A stretch of DNA of 60,371 nt from an uncultured Gemmatimonadota bacterium (GTDB lineage Bacteria > SM23-81). Below are positions 37,213 through 45,246 of the stretch, piece by piece. Position 1 is the first letter of the stretch. Every line of letters starts with the position of its first letter. A program made the translations under genes and the position numbers. The stretch lies in assembly GCA_964584035.1 (NCBI GenBank), contig CAZOYL010000001.1, positions 1-60,371 of the forward strand, written 5' to 3'. Below the pieces are notes generated by a model. It did not search any database and was not told the origin of the DNA. It saw only the letters and a program-made list of their open reading frames with translations.

Positions 37213-38295
37213 GTGGTGCTCTACGCCGCGATTCTTGCCGGGGGCCGGGGAGAGCGATTCTGGCCCTGGAGCCGTAAAGATCGACCTAAGCAGTTGCTGC
37301 CCATTACGGGCGCCGGGACGATGCTCGAGGAGACGGTGGAACGGATCCTTCCTCTGATTCCGGCGGAGCGTATTCTGATGATCACCGGGAGGGAATTGGC
37401 CGAGGTGATTACCCGGCGGTGTCCCCAGTTGAGCAAGAGTCGCATCGTCGCCGAGCCCAGGAGTCGGAATACGGCCGCGGCGATCGGGCTGGCCGCTGTC
37501 ACGTTACGCCAAGAGGATCCGCAGGCGATCATGGCGGTTTTATCGGCCGACCACCAGATCACACCCCAAAAGAAATTCCTGAACGCCCTGTCTGCAGCCG
37601 CGAAATATGCCCAGAAGGAGAATTGTCTGGTTACCTTCGGCATTCCGCCCACTCGGCCGGAGACCGGATACGGTTACATCGAACTGGGCCCTGAGCTCGG
37701 CTCTGAGCAGGGCGGGACCATCTTTAAAGTCAAGGAATTCAAAGAAAAGCCCAATCGTATGATGGCCCAGCAGTTCTATCTGGACCGGGGGCATCTGTGG
37801 AACAGCGGGATGTTTGTCTGGCAGGTCAACACCATCCTGGAAGCAATAGCCACGCATATGCCGCAGCTTAGCGAGGGATTGGAAGAATTGGCCCGAGTGC
37901 CGCATGGATCTGAGAGAGAAAAGGCCATCGAGGAGTTCTTTGACCGGATCGATGCGGTCTCCATCGATTACGGCGTCATGGAGAAGGCTGATAACGTCGT
38001 CGTGGTGCAGGGCGATTTCCGCTGGGATGATGTCGGGACCTGGTCCTCACTGCGGCGTATCCATAAACCGGATACAAACGGAAATGTCATTCTTGGCGCA
38101 GGACTGACGGTCGAAAGTTTCGATTGCATACTGGCCGGGGAAGGTGAGGGGCTGATCACCACCCTGGGCGTCTCGGACCTGATCATCGTTCGCAGCGGCG
38201 ATTGCGTCCTGGTGGCCCATGCCAGCCGGGCTCAGGATGTGCGTCAGGTGGTGGAAAAACTGGTCCGACAGCCGGAGCTGGGGAAGTACCTGTGA
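37213..38295 (+). CDS. Mannose-1-phosphate guanylyltransferase (nucleotidyltransferase only, no PMI domain)
   Basis: AILAGGRGERFWPWSR...PKQLL. GTG start with GGAGGG 5 nt upstream. The ORF-track start overlaps iorA. Confidence 0.75.
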   Translation: MVLYAAILAGGRGERFWPWSRKDRPKQLLPITGAGTMLEETVERILPLIPAERILMITGRELAEVITRRCPQLSKSRIVAEPRSRNTAAAIGLAAVTLRQEDPQAIMAVLSADHQITPQKKFLNALSAAAKYAQKENCLVTFGIPPTRPETGYGYIELGPELGSEQGGTIFKVKEFKEKPNRMMAQQFYLDRGHLWNSGMFVWQVNTILEAIATHMPQLSEGLEELARVPHGSEREKAIEEFFDRIDAVSIDYGVMEKADNVVVVQGDFRWDDVGTWSSLRRIHKPDTNGNVILGAGLTVESFDCILAGEGEGLITTLGVSDLIIVRSGDCVLVAHASRAQDVRQVVEKLVRQPELGKYL

Positions 38296-38313
38296 GCAGA
38301 GGAGTGAGATGAT

Positions 38314-38910
38314 ATGGTGTCCGATGTCCAATTCGAAATGGCCGGTCTGAAAGGTCTTCACCAATCATGGAGTCCCGCTGTGAAAGGAATTTTATTCGCC
38401 CTGATCGGTATTTGCCTCCTGATGTCGTTCTCCTGCACGCCCGTTCCCCCCGGCCGGGTTGAGCCCTCTGCCGGCCGGAGCGAGTCGGAGAAAGACTTCG
38501 ATCCCCTGGCCCAGGATGACGATCGGGCCATCGTCATCACCTCGGAGCAGGACGAATCAGGCGCGGCTATGGCACCGGCGGACCAGGGCGGACAGGATTC
38601 TGTGACCGGGGATTTCACCGGGCCGGAACGTCCCGGTATTGTACGCGGGTACCGCGTGCAGGTATCTCTTTCGGATGATCTCCGAGAAGCCTCCCGCGTG
38701 ATGGCCGAAGCCCGGGAACGGTTCGAGCAGGAGGTGTATCTGGAATACGACGCGCCTTATTACAAGGTCCGGGTGGGTGATTGTTCCACGGAAAGGCAGG
38801 GAGAAGAACTCCTTCAGATCGCCCGTCGGATCGGCTATCCGGACGCCTGGCTGGTGCGTACCATCATCAGCCTGAATGATGAACAGGAACCTGCCGCTGA
38901 GGACCGCTGA
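38314..38910 (+). CDS. SPOR-domain protein (membrane-anchored, peptidoglycan-binding)
   Basis: One TM segment. The C-terminus GYRVQVSL...YYKVRVGDCSTERQGEELL is SPOR-like. Confidence 0.6.
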   Translation: MVSDVQFEMAGLKGLHQSWSPAVKGILFALIGICLLMSFSCTPVPPGRVEPSAGRSESEKDFDPLAQDDDRAIVITSEQDESGAAMAPADQGGQDSVTGDFTGPERPGIVRGYRVQVSLSDDLREASRVMAEARERFEQEVYLEYDAPYYKVRVGDCSTERQGEELLQIARRIGYPDAWLVRTIISLNDEQEPAAEDR

Positions 38911-38938
38911 GGTTGCGGCTGCGAAAGCTACTGAGGCT

Positions 38939-40162
38939 ATGGGAACTTCAAACGGAAATCATACAGATGGAAGCCACTCAGACGGAGGTCGTTCAAACGG
39001 AGACCAGGCGGATATCATCCGTGTCGATCCCCGCCGGATTTCAAAGGAGGCCATGAGCTCCGCCGGCAGCATTCTCAGGCGAGGTGGATTGGTGGTCTAT
39101 CCCACGGAGACGGTCTACGGGCTGGGAGCGAATGCTCTGGACGGGGAGGCTGTCAGCCGGGTATTCCGGGCCAAGGGTCGGGCGGCCGATAAACCGCTCA
39201 TCGTCCTGGCGCGCGATTTCGATCAGCTGAAGAGATTGGTCAATGAAATCCCGCCGTGGGCCAGAACCCTGATGGGTCTCTTCTGGCCGGACGGCCTGAC
39301 TCTGATCATGTCGGCCGCGACATCCCTGCCTCCGGAACTTCTCGCCGGGGGCACCTCGGTCGCCGTTCGCATTTCGGGCCATCCGGTCACACAGGCTTTG
39401 CTGGAAGCTGCCCGGGTGCCGCTGACCTCCTCCAGCGCCAACCGGTCGGGTCGCCCCGCTCCGACTACGGCTGCGGCCGCTCGACGAGAGATGGGGGGAC
39501 GGGTGGATCTTGTCGTCGACGGGGGTTCATCTCTCGGAGATAAGCCCTCCACCATTCTGGATGTCCGCACCGAGTCGGTCCGTTTGGTTCGACCCGGGAG
39601 GATTTCTGCGGATGACATCAGAAGAGTGGTTCCTCTCGATAGCGGCGATTTTGACCGAACGTCAGCGACCCGAACGGTGCTTTTTGTCTGTTCCGGCAAT
39701 ACATGCCGAAGCGCGATGGCCCAGGGATTGTTCGAGAAGATGTTGTCAACTCGAGGTGTCGAGGGGGTCGAGATCTGTTCCGCCGGAACGGGAGCTGCTC
39801 TGAAGGTTCCCGCGACTCCGTTGGCGCGAGAGGTGGCACTGGGCCGGGACGAGATCGACATCTCGCAGCATCGCGCTCAGCCGCTCACCCTCGAGCTCCT
39901 GGAGACGGCCGATATCGTCCTGGCCATGGCGCTATCCCATGCCCGCCGGATCGAGTCCATGGGACGGCGATTTGCACACAAAACCTACCTGCTGACCTCC
40001 TATCCGGCGTGTCAACACCCCGATCCGGACGATATAGAAGACCCCATCGGGGGGACTCGCGGGGATTATGAGCGAGTCTATGATCGTATCCGGGAACAAT
40101 TGGAGAGGATTTTCCCGGCGGTGATGAAGGAGTTGGGCAAAGAGATATCAGCTGGGAAGTAA
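38939..40162 (+). CDS. Fusion: L-threonylcarbamoyladenylate synthase (TsaC/YwlC, YrdC domain) plus low-molecular-weight protein phosphatase (YwlE-like)
   Basis: VVYPTETVYGLGANA (YrdC domain), then VLFVCSGNTCRSAMAQ (CX5R P-loop). The start is uncertain (38876, 38939 or later). Confidence 0.75.
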   Translation: MGTSNGNHTDGSHSDGGRSNGDQADIIRVDPRRISKEAMSSAGSILRRGGLVVYPTETVYGLGANALDGEAVSRVFRAKGRAADKPLIVLARDFDQLKRLVNEIPPWARTLMGLFWPDGLTLIMSAATSLPPELLAGGTSVAVRISGHPVTQALLEAARVPLTSSSANRSGRPAPTTAAAARREMGGRVDLVVDGGSSLGDKPSTILDVRTESVRLVRPGRISADDIRRVVPLDSGDFDRTSATRTVLFVCSGNTCRSAMAQGLFEKMLSTRGVEGVEICSAGTGAALKVPATPLAREVALGRDEIDISQHRAQPLTLELLETADIVLAMALSHARRIESMGRRFAHKTYLLTSYPACQHPDPDDIEDPIGGTRGDYERVYDRIREQLERIFPAVMKELGKEISAGK

Positions 40163-40192
40163 ACCTTGTATTCCGGAACGACAAGGGGATTC

Positions 40193-41224
40193 ATGATGAC
40201 TGTGCCGAGAAGGTTATTGATCCTGGCCTGCCTGCCGATATCGATCGGTCTGCTGCTGCTGATCATTGGTGCCCACGGCCCGGATGCGTCAGGCGATGAT
40301 TCCCTGACTGTCGTCCTCGATACCGGCGATTCCCTTTCGACCGATGCGGCCGCCACCGATTCGGCGATCATGATCGCTCCGGCCGCCGCTGGTCTGACCT
40401 CCTCTTTGGATACATCCGCTCATGACTCCAGCGGAATTTACCCCGACAGCGATGTTTCTCCTGATACCGTGTCCGCAGGAGCAGAATCGGATTCGACCGG
40501 TTCAGAGCAGATGAAGCTGCTGCCCACAGCCATCGATGAGCTCCGCACAGTGGAGAACAAGGCCTTCGGCGTTGGGGAGCATCTGGAATTCGAGATCTCC
40601 TATGGCCCTATTAAGGCCGGTTCAGCCGTTATGGAAATCAAAGAGATCGTCGAGCTGGATGGACGGAACAGCTACCGGGTGATCTCCACGGCCAAATCCA
40701 GCAAGTTTTTCTCAGCTGTGTATCGAGTGGAAGATCGGGTCGAATCGTTCATCGATGTGGCAGGTCTTTTCCCCTGGAAATTTCACCAGAAACTCCAAGA
40801 GGGCAAGCACCACGCCGATAGATGGGCCGTCTACGATCAGGTTAACCACACTGTCACCACCAACCGTGAAACCCTGGAAATACCCCCGTACGTCCAGGAT
40901 GTGCTGTCCATCATGTATTACGCCCGCACTCGGGAGATGACGGTGGGAGACACACTCTATATCGATAACCACTCCGGTCGGAAAGTTTACCCCCTGGCCG
41001 TGAAAGTCATGCGCCGGGAGAGGGTTAAGGTTCCGGCAGGAACCTTCGACTGCCTGGTAGTGGAGCCCATGCTCAAGGCCGGGGGACTGTTCAAACATGA
41101 GGGCCGCATCTGGGTGTGGTTGACCGACGATCGCATGAAGCTTCCCGTTCTGATGAAGACCAAGGTCATCATCGGTACGGTCGATGCCAAACTCAAGAAC
41201 TATCGATTGGGGAAGATCCTATGA
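40193..41224 (+). CDS. DUF3108-like secreted/envelope protein with an S/T/D-rich linker
   Basis: Signal/anchor segment LLILACLPISIGLLLLIIGA. The body FGVGEHLEFEISYGPIKAGSAVMEI... resembles DUF3108 (from memory). Confidence 0.5.
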   Translation: MMTVPRRLLILACLPISIGLLLLIIGAHGPDASGDDSLTVVLDTGDSLSTDAAATDSAIMIAPAAAGLTSSLDTSAHDSSGIYPDSDVSPDTVSAGAESDSTGSEQMKLLPTAIDELRTVENKAFGVGEHLEFEISYGPIKAGSAVMEIKEIVELDGRNSYRVISTAKSSKFFSAVYRVEDRVESFIDVAGLFPWKFHQKLQEGKHHADRWAVYDQVNHTVTTNRETLEIPPYVQDVLSIMYYARTREMTVGDTLYIDNHSGRKVYPLAVKVMRRERVKVPAGTFDCLVVEPMLKAGGLFKHEGRIWVWLTDDRMKLPVLMKTKVIIGTVDAKLKNYRLGKIL

Positions 41225-42210
41225 AAAGCGGCAGAAAGCCATCCCGAGAAGAGCTGGATCTGAAACAGGTGCGCCCCGAGTCGATCGGGAACAGGTCCAG
41301 TAAGGTTCGTGTGGAGGATTTCGCCCGAGTCGTGCCGTCCCATGAGTGGTTCGACCGGCTGGAGGAGGCCTTGCCCCGTATCCTGGCCGGGGAAGTCTTC
41401 CCCCGTGTGGTGAATCATATCCTGACGGCGGTGAGAAGGAAACGGCCGGTCATCTTCATGCTCGGGGCCCATGTCATTAAATGTGGACTGTCGGCCCTCA
41501 TTGTGGATCTGATACGCCGCGGGGTGCTCTCCGGAGTGGCTCTTAACGGCGCCGGTGTGATTCACGATGTCGAGATCGCCCGGTGGGGACGGACCTCCGA
41601 GGATGTCGAGGCTGCGCTGGCCGGCGGCCGCTTCGGGATGACGGCCGAAACCGCTGATTTTATCAACGACGCCTTGGCCCAGGCCGAGGAGGGGGAGGGT
41701 TACGGCCAGTGCCTGGGAAGGTTCCTGGCCCGGGACGATCCCCCCCACGGAGATCTCAGCCTGCTTGTGGCGGGACATCGTCACGAGGTGCCGGTGACCG
41801 TGCATGTGGCGCTGGGAACCGATGTCGTCCACCAGCACCCTTCCACCGATGGAGCCCGTGTGGGAGAGCTGAGCTACCGCGATTTCAAGCTGCTGGCAGG
41901 ATTGATTTCCCGGATCGGAGATGGCGGCGTGGTTCTCAACGCCGGTTCCGCCGTGATTCTGCCGGAAGTATTTCTCAAATGCCTCTCTTTGGCCATCAAT
42001 CTCCATGGAGAGATCGGTGATTTTGTTACCGTGAATTTCGATATGATTCGACACTACCGGCCCAGGATGAACCTGGTCGAGCGGCCCGCCCGGTTGGGTG
42101 CACAGGGCTATGAACTGACGGGCCAACACGAGATCATGATCCCGCTTCTTTACGCTGCGATCCGGCATGGACTGGCACAAGAGGGATCGGGGGAGGAGAT
42201 ATCGGCATGA
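41221..42210 (+). CDS. Deoxyhypusine-synthase-like (DS-fold) protein, function unknown
   Basis: Segments align by eye with DHS: LGAHVIKCGLSALIVDLIRRGVLSGVALNGAGVIHD, HEVPVTVHVALGTD and GGVVLNAGSAV. There are ATGA overlaps at both ends. Confidence 0.4.
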   Translation: MKSGRKPSREELDLKQVRPESIGNRSSKVRVEDFARVVPSHEWFDRLEEALPRILAGEVFPRVVNHILTAVRRKRPVIFMLGAHVIKCGLSALIVDLIRRGVLSGVALNGAGVIHDVEIARWGRTSEDVEAALAGGRFGMTAETADFINDALAQAEEGEGYGQCLGRFLARDDPPHGDLSLLVAGHRHEVPVTVHVALGTDVVHQHPSTDGARVGELSYRDFKLLAGLISRIGDGGVVLNAGSAVILPEVFLKCLSLAINLHGEIGDFVTVNFDMIRHYRPRMNLVERPARLGAQGYELTGQHEIMIPLLYAAIRHGLAQEGSGEEISA

Positions 42211-43235
42211 CGGAATTACGGAAAGATCCCATTACCGGACGATGGGTCATCATCAAAGCTCAGCAGCAGGAGCTTGGATTAAACCTGAATGCTGTCGACC
42301 ATGCTGTCGATGAGAAGGACTGCCCTTTCTGTGAGGGTCATGAGGACCGCACTTCGGGAGAGATCTATGCGATACGACAGGAAGGCTCGCCGCCGGATAC
42401 TCCCGGTTGGTACGTGCGCTGCATCCCCAATATCAATCCTGTTCTGACCGGCAACCACGATCTGGGCCGCCGGGGGGTGGGTCTCTTCGATATGATGAAC
42501 AACGTCGGCGTTCACGAGGTGATCATCGAGAATCCGAATCACCGGAGTGATTTTCACAACTATGAGCCCATCCAGATGAAGCGGGTTCTGATGGTTTATC
42601 GGCAGCGGATCGTGGAATTGAAGAAGAACGAGCATCATAAGTACGTTCTGGTGTTCAAGAATCACGGCAAGCGGGCCGGATCTCTCCACATCTCCCATGC
42701 GCACTCGCAGGTGATCGCCACACCGGTGGTGCCCATCCGTCTGAAAATGGAGCTCAACGGCACGCGGAAGTATTTTCAGATGAAGGAGCGGTGCATCTTC
42801 TGCGATGTGATCCGGCAGGAGCTGAAGGACGATGTCCGGGTCATCGAAAAGAATGAGAGCTTTCTCTCCCTGATCCCGTTTGCCTCCCGGTTTCCATACG
42901 AATGTGCTATTTTGCCGAAACGTCACATGGCGCATTACGAACATATCCAGGAGCAAGAGCTGGATGATCTGGCAGATATTTTTCAGAGAACCTTCCGGCG
43001 TCTTCATCTCGTGCTCAACGACCCGCCCTATAACTGCGTCCTCCATGACACACCCAACCTGGTGCCCAAGAAGGGCGCCTGGAAGACCATCCAGAGGGAT
43101 TACCACTGGCATTTTGAGATCATTCCCCGAACCATGCGCACGGCCGGTTTCGAATGGGGGACCGGCTTTCATATCAATCCGGTGGCTCCCGAGAAGGCGG
43201 CCCAGGATCTCAAATCGGTCGATCTATCAGGATGA
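42207..43235 (+). CDS. GalT-like HIT-superfamily nucleotidyltransferase/phosphorylase, paralog 2
   Basis: LRKDPITGRWVII, CPFCEGHE and SHAHSQV motifs. By eye roughly half its residues are identical to the 17405 gene. Confidence 0.75.
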   Translation: MTELRKDPITGRWVIIKAQQQELGLNLNAVDHAVDEKDCPFCEGHEDRTSGEIYAIRQEGSPPDTPGWYVRCIPNINPVLTGNHDLGRRGVGLFDMMNNVGVHEVIIENPNHRSDFHNYEPIQMKRVLMVYRQRIVELKKNEHHKYVLVFKNHGKRAGSLHISHAHSQVIATPVVPIRLKMELNGTRKYFQMKERCIFCDVIRQELKDDVRVIEKNESFLSLIPFASRFPYECAILPKRHMAHYEHIQEQELDDLADIFQRTFRRLHLVLNDPPYNCVLHDTPNLVPKKGAWKTIQRDYHWHFEIIPRTMRTAGFEWGTGFHINPVAPEKAAQDLKSVDLSG

Positions 43236-43265
43236 TGCATCACCCGGCAGCCGGAAGGAGGCAGC

Positions 43266-44309
43266 ATGGATAAGATCGTCGAATGTGTCCCTAACTTTAG
43301 CGAAGGCAGGGACCTGGATATCATCACCGCTATTACCGGCCGGATATCGGCCGTTAAAGGGGTGAAGCTTCTGGGGGCCGATTCCGATAAGGATTATCAT
43401 CGAACGGTGGTGACCTTCGTGGGTCAGCCGGATGCTGTGGTCGAGGCCGCTTTTGCCGCCACCCAAAAGGCCGCCGAGCTCATCGATATGACCAAACATC
43501 AGGGCGAGCATCCCCGCATGGGAGCCACCGATGTGGTGCCCTTCGTGCCGGTATCCGGCGTGACCATGGAAGAATGTGTCCAGCTGGCCCAGCGCTACGG
43601 CCGGCGGGTGGGAGAGGAGCTGGGCATACCGGTGTATCTCTACGAATCAGCGGCCACCCGGCCGGAGCGCCGTAACCTGGCCACGGTGCGCAAGGGGCAG
43701 TACGAGGGACTGGCCGACAAACTCAGGGATCCGGAGTGGCAGCCCGATTACGGTCCCGCCGAGATGAATGAGCATTCCGGCGCCGTCATTGCCGGCGCCC
43801 GGGTTTTTCTCATCGCCTACAACGTCAACCTGGATACCGAGGATGTCGAGCTGGCCAACACCATCGCTCAGAAGGTTCGCCAGAGCGGCCGCGTGCTCAA
43901 GGATGACCATGGGCAGACCGTTCGGGACGAGACGGGCAAGGCCAAACGGGTCCCGGGAACCCTGAAAGCCGTCAAGGCGATGGGCGTCCTGCTGGAGGAG
44001 CATCACATCTCTCAGGTATCGATGAATCTGGTCAACTACCAGATTACCCCGCCGCATGTGGCCTTCGAGGAATGCCGCCAGCAGGCCGCCCGGCTGGGGA
44101 CCGCGGTCACCGGCAGTGAGATCGTCGGGCTGACGCCTCTGGAGGCACTGATGATGGCGGCCCGCCATCATCTCGAATCACAGGGGAAATCCGTCGATCT
44201 GTCTCCCCGCGATCTGGTCCGGGCGGCCGTCGATTATCTCGGCCTGAGCCAGTTGCAGCCCTTCGAGCCCGATGATAAGGTGATCGAATTTCAAATAGGA
44301 GCGGCGTGA
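43266..44309 (+). CDS. Glutamate (or glycine) formimidoyltransferase
   Basis: IVECVPNFSEGRD N-terminal hallmark. GGAGG RBS. Confidence 0.85.
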   Translation: MDKIVECVPNFSEGRDLDIITAITGRISAVKGVKLLGADSDKDYHRTVVTFVGQPDAVVEAAFAATQKAAELIDMTKHQGEHPRMGATDVVPFVPVSGVTMEECVQLAQRYGRRVGEELGIPVYLYESAATRPERRNLATVRKGQYEGLADKLRDPEWQPDYGPAEMNEHSGAVIAGARVFLIAYNVNLDTEDVELANTIAQKVRQSGRVLKDDHGQTVRDETGKAKRVPGTLKAVKAMGVLLEEHHISQVSMNLVNYQITPPHVAFEECRQQAARLGTAVTGSEIVGLTPLEALMMAARHHLESQGKSVDLSPRDLVRAAVDYLGLSQLQPFEPDDKVIEFQIGAA

Positions 44310-44935
44310 TGATGTTGGAAAAAAGAACAGAGGAATTCCTGGAAGAGCTGGCTTCAGATTCTCCCGCCCCCGGAGGGGGCAGCGTGGCCGCACTGTGCGG
44401 CGCTCTGGGCGCGGCGTTGGTGGCCATGGTCTGCCGGCTGACGGTGGACAAGCCCAAGTATGCCGATGTCAGCGATGAGCTGCGCCAGGTCATGGATCGG
44501 GCGGACGGCCTGCGGCGGACCTTTGCCCAATTAGTGGAGCGGGATACCGAGGCCTTTCAGGCCGTCATGTCCGCCTTTCGCCTGCCCAAGGCGTCCGACG
44601 ATGAAAAAGCGGCTCGGTCGGCCGCCATTCAGGAAGCCACCCGGGGAGCCACCGAGGTGCCCCTGGAGGTCCACAACCTGACGGTTGAGCTGATGAATCT
44701 GGCTTCCCGGGCGGCTCACCAGGGGAATGTCAATTCCATCAGTGACGCCGGCGTGGCCGCCGAGATGGCTCGGGCGGCTGCCAGGTCCGCCGCGATGAAT
44801 GTCCAGATCAATCTGGGCAGTCTGAAGGACCTCGAATATGTCGCCGGAGCGCAAGAAAGGCTAAATTCTAACACAAAATCATTGAATGCGATGTATAAGT
44901 TACTTAGGAAAATAGTTGACGAAAAGATCGCCTGA
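44306..44935 (+). CDS. Formimidoyltetrahydrofolate cyclodeaminase-family protein
   Basis: FLEELASDSPAPGGGSVAALCGALGAAL hallmark. Its start overlaps the upstream stop. Confidence 0.8.
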   Translation: MMMLEKRTEEFLEELASDSPAPGGGSVAALCGALGAALVAMVCRLTVDKPKYADVSDELRQVMDRADGLRRTFAQLVERDTEAFQAVMSAFRLPKASDDEKAARSAAIQEATRGATEVPLEVHNLTVELMNLASRAAHQGNVNSISDAGVAAEMARAAARSAAMNVQINLGSLKDLEYVAGAQERLNSNTKSLNAMYKLLRKIVDEKIA

Positions 44936-44969
44936 TCGACAGTGGGGCGGGGCTGTGTCTGTCTATATG

Positions 44970-45008
44970 GAGGGCCGGAGCATGAATTGCTCCGGCCCTC
45001 TGTTTTTC
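44970..45008 (+). terminator. Rho-independent terminator
   Basis: A perfect 12-bp stem (gagggccggagc / gctccggccctc) with a 7-nt loop, followed by tgtttttct. Confidence 0.75.
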
Positions 45009-45035
45009 TGGAGGCTCGGCCGTGAGTGGGTAAAA

Positions 45036-45054
45036 TGCAAAGCGGTCTTGCAAA
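45036..45054 (+). promoter_or_regulatory. TGCAAA-N7-TGCAAA repeat (also TGCAA/TTGCA inverted), candidate upstream activator site
   Basis: It lies ~105-125 bp upstream of the -24 element at 45158. Confidence 0.3.
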
Positions 45055-45157
45055 CTGACCCCGTCCACGGTGAAGGATTCGCATAACGAGGACGGCGATA
45101 AAATACTAATGCAATGTGAAAAAATAAGTTAAAACATCTGGGCCATTTGGCATACCT

Positions 45158-45172
45158 TGGCACAGCCTTTGC
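45158..45172 (+). promoter_or_regulatory. Sigma-54 (-24/-12) promoter
   Basis: TGGCAC-agcct-TTGC has exact GG-N10-GC spacing and lies 75 nt upstream of the TTG start at 45247. Confidence 0.65.
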
Positions 45173-45246
45173 GTAATGAATCCATCGATATATCTTTGGT
45201 ATCGCGCTATCCGTCGTAAAAACCAAGAGATGAACGGGAGAGCGCT

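Noticed and set aside
45147-45153. A second TGGCAT just upstream of the sigma-54 promoter, read as a tandem promoter
   Set aside because: No TTGC-like -12 element lies at the required distance, so it is probably fortuitous overlap with the real -24 region.
44963-45226. Small - strand ORFs in intergenic gaps (44963-45226, 87 aa; 59302-59589, 95 aa) and the + strand ORF 58016-58432
   Set aside because: They run across terminator hairpins and promoter elements. They lack an RBS, have odd composition, and contain no recognisable motifs.
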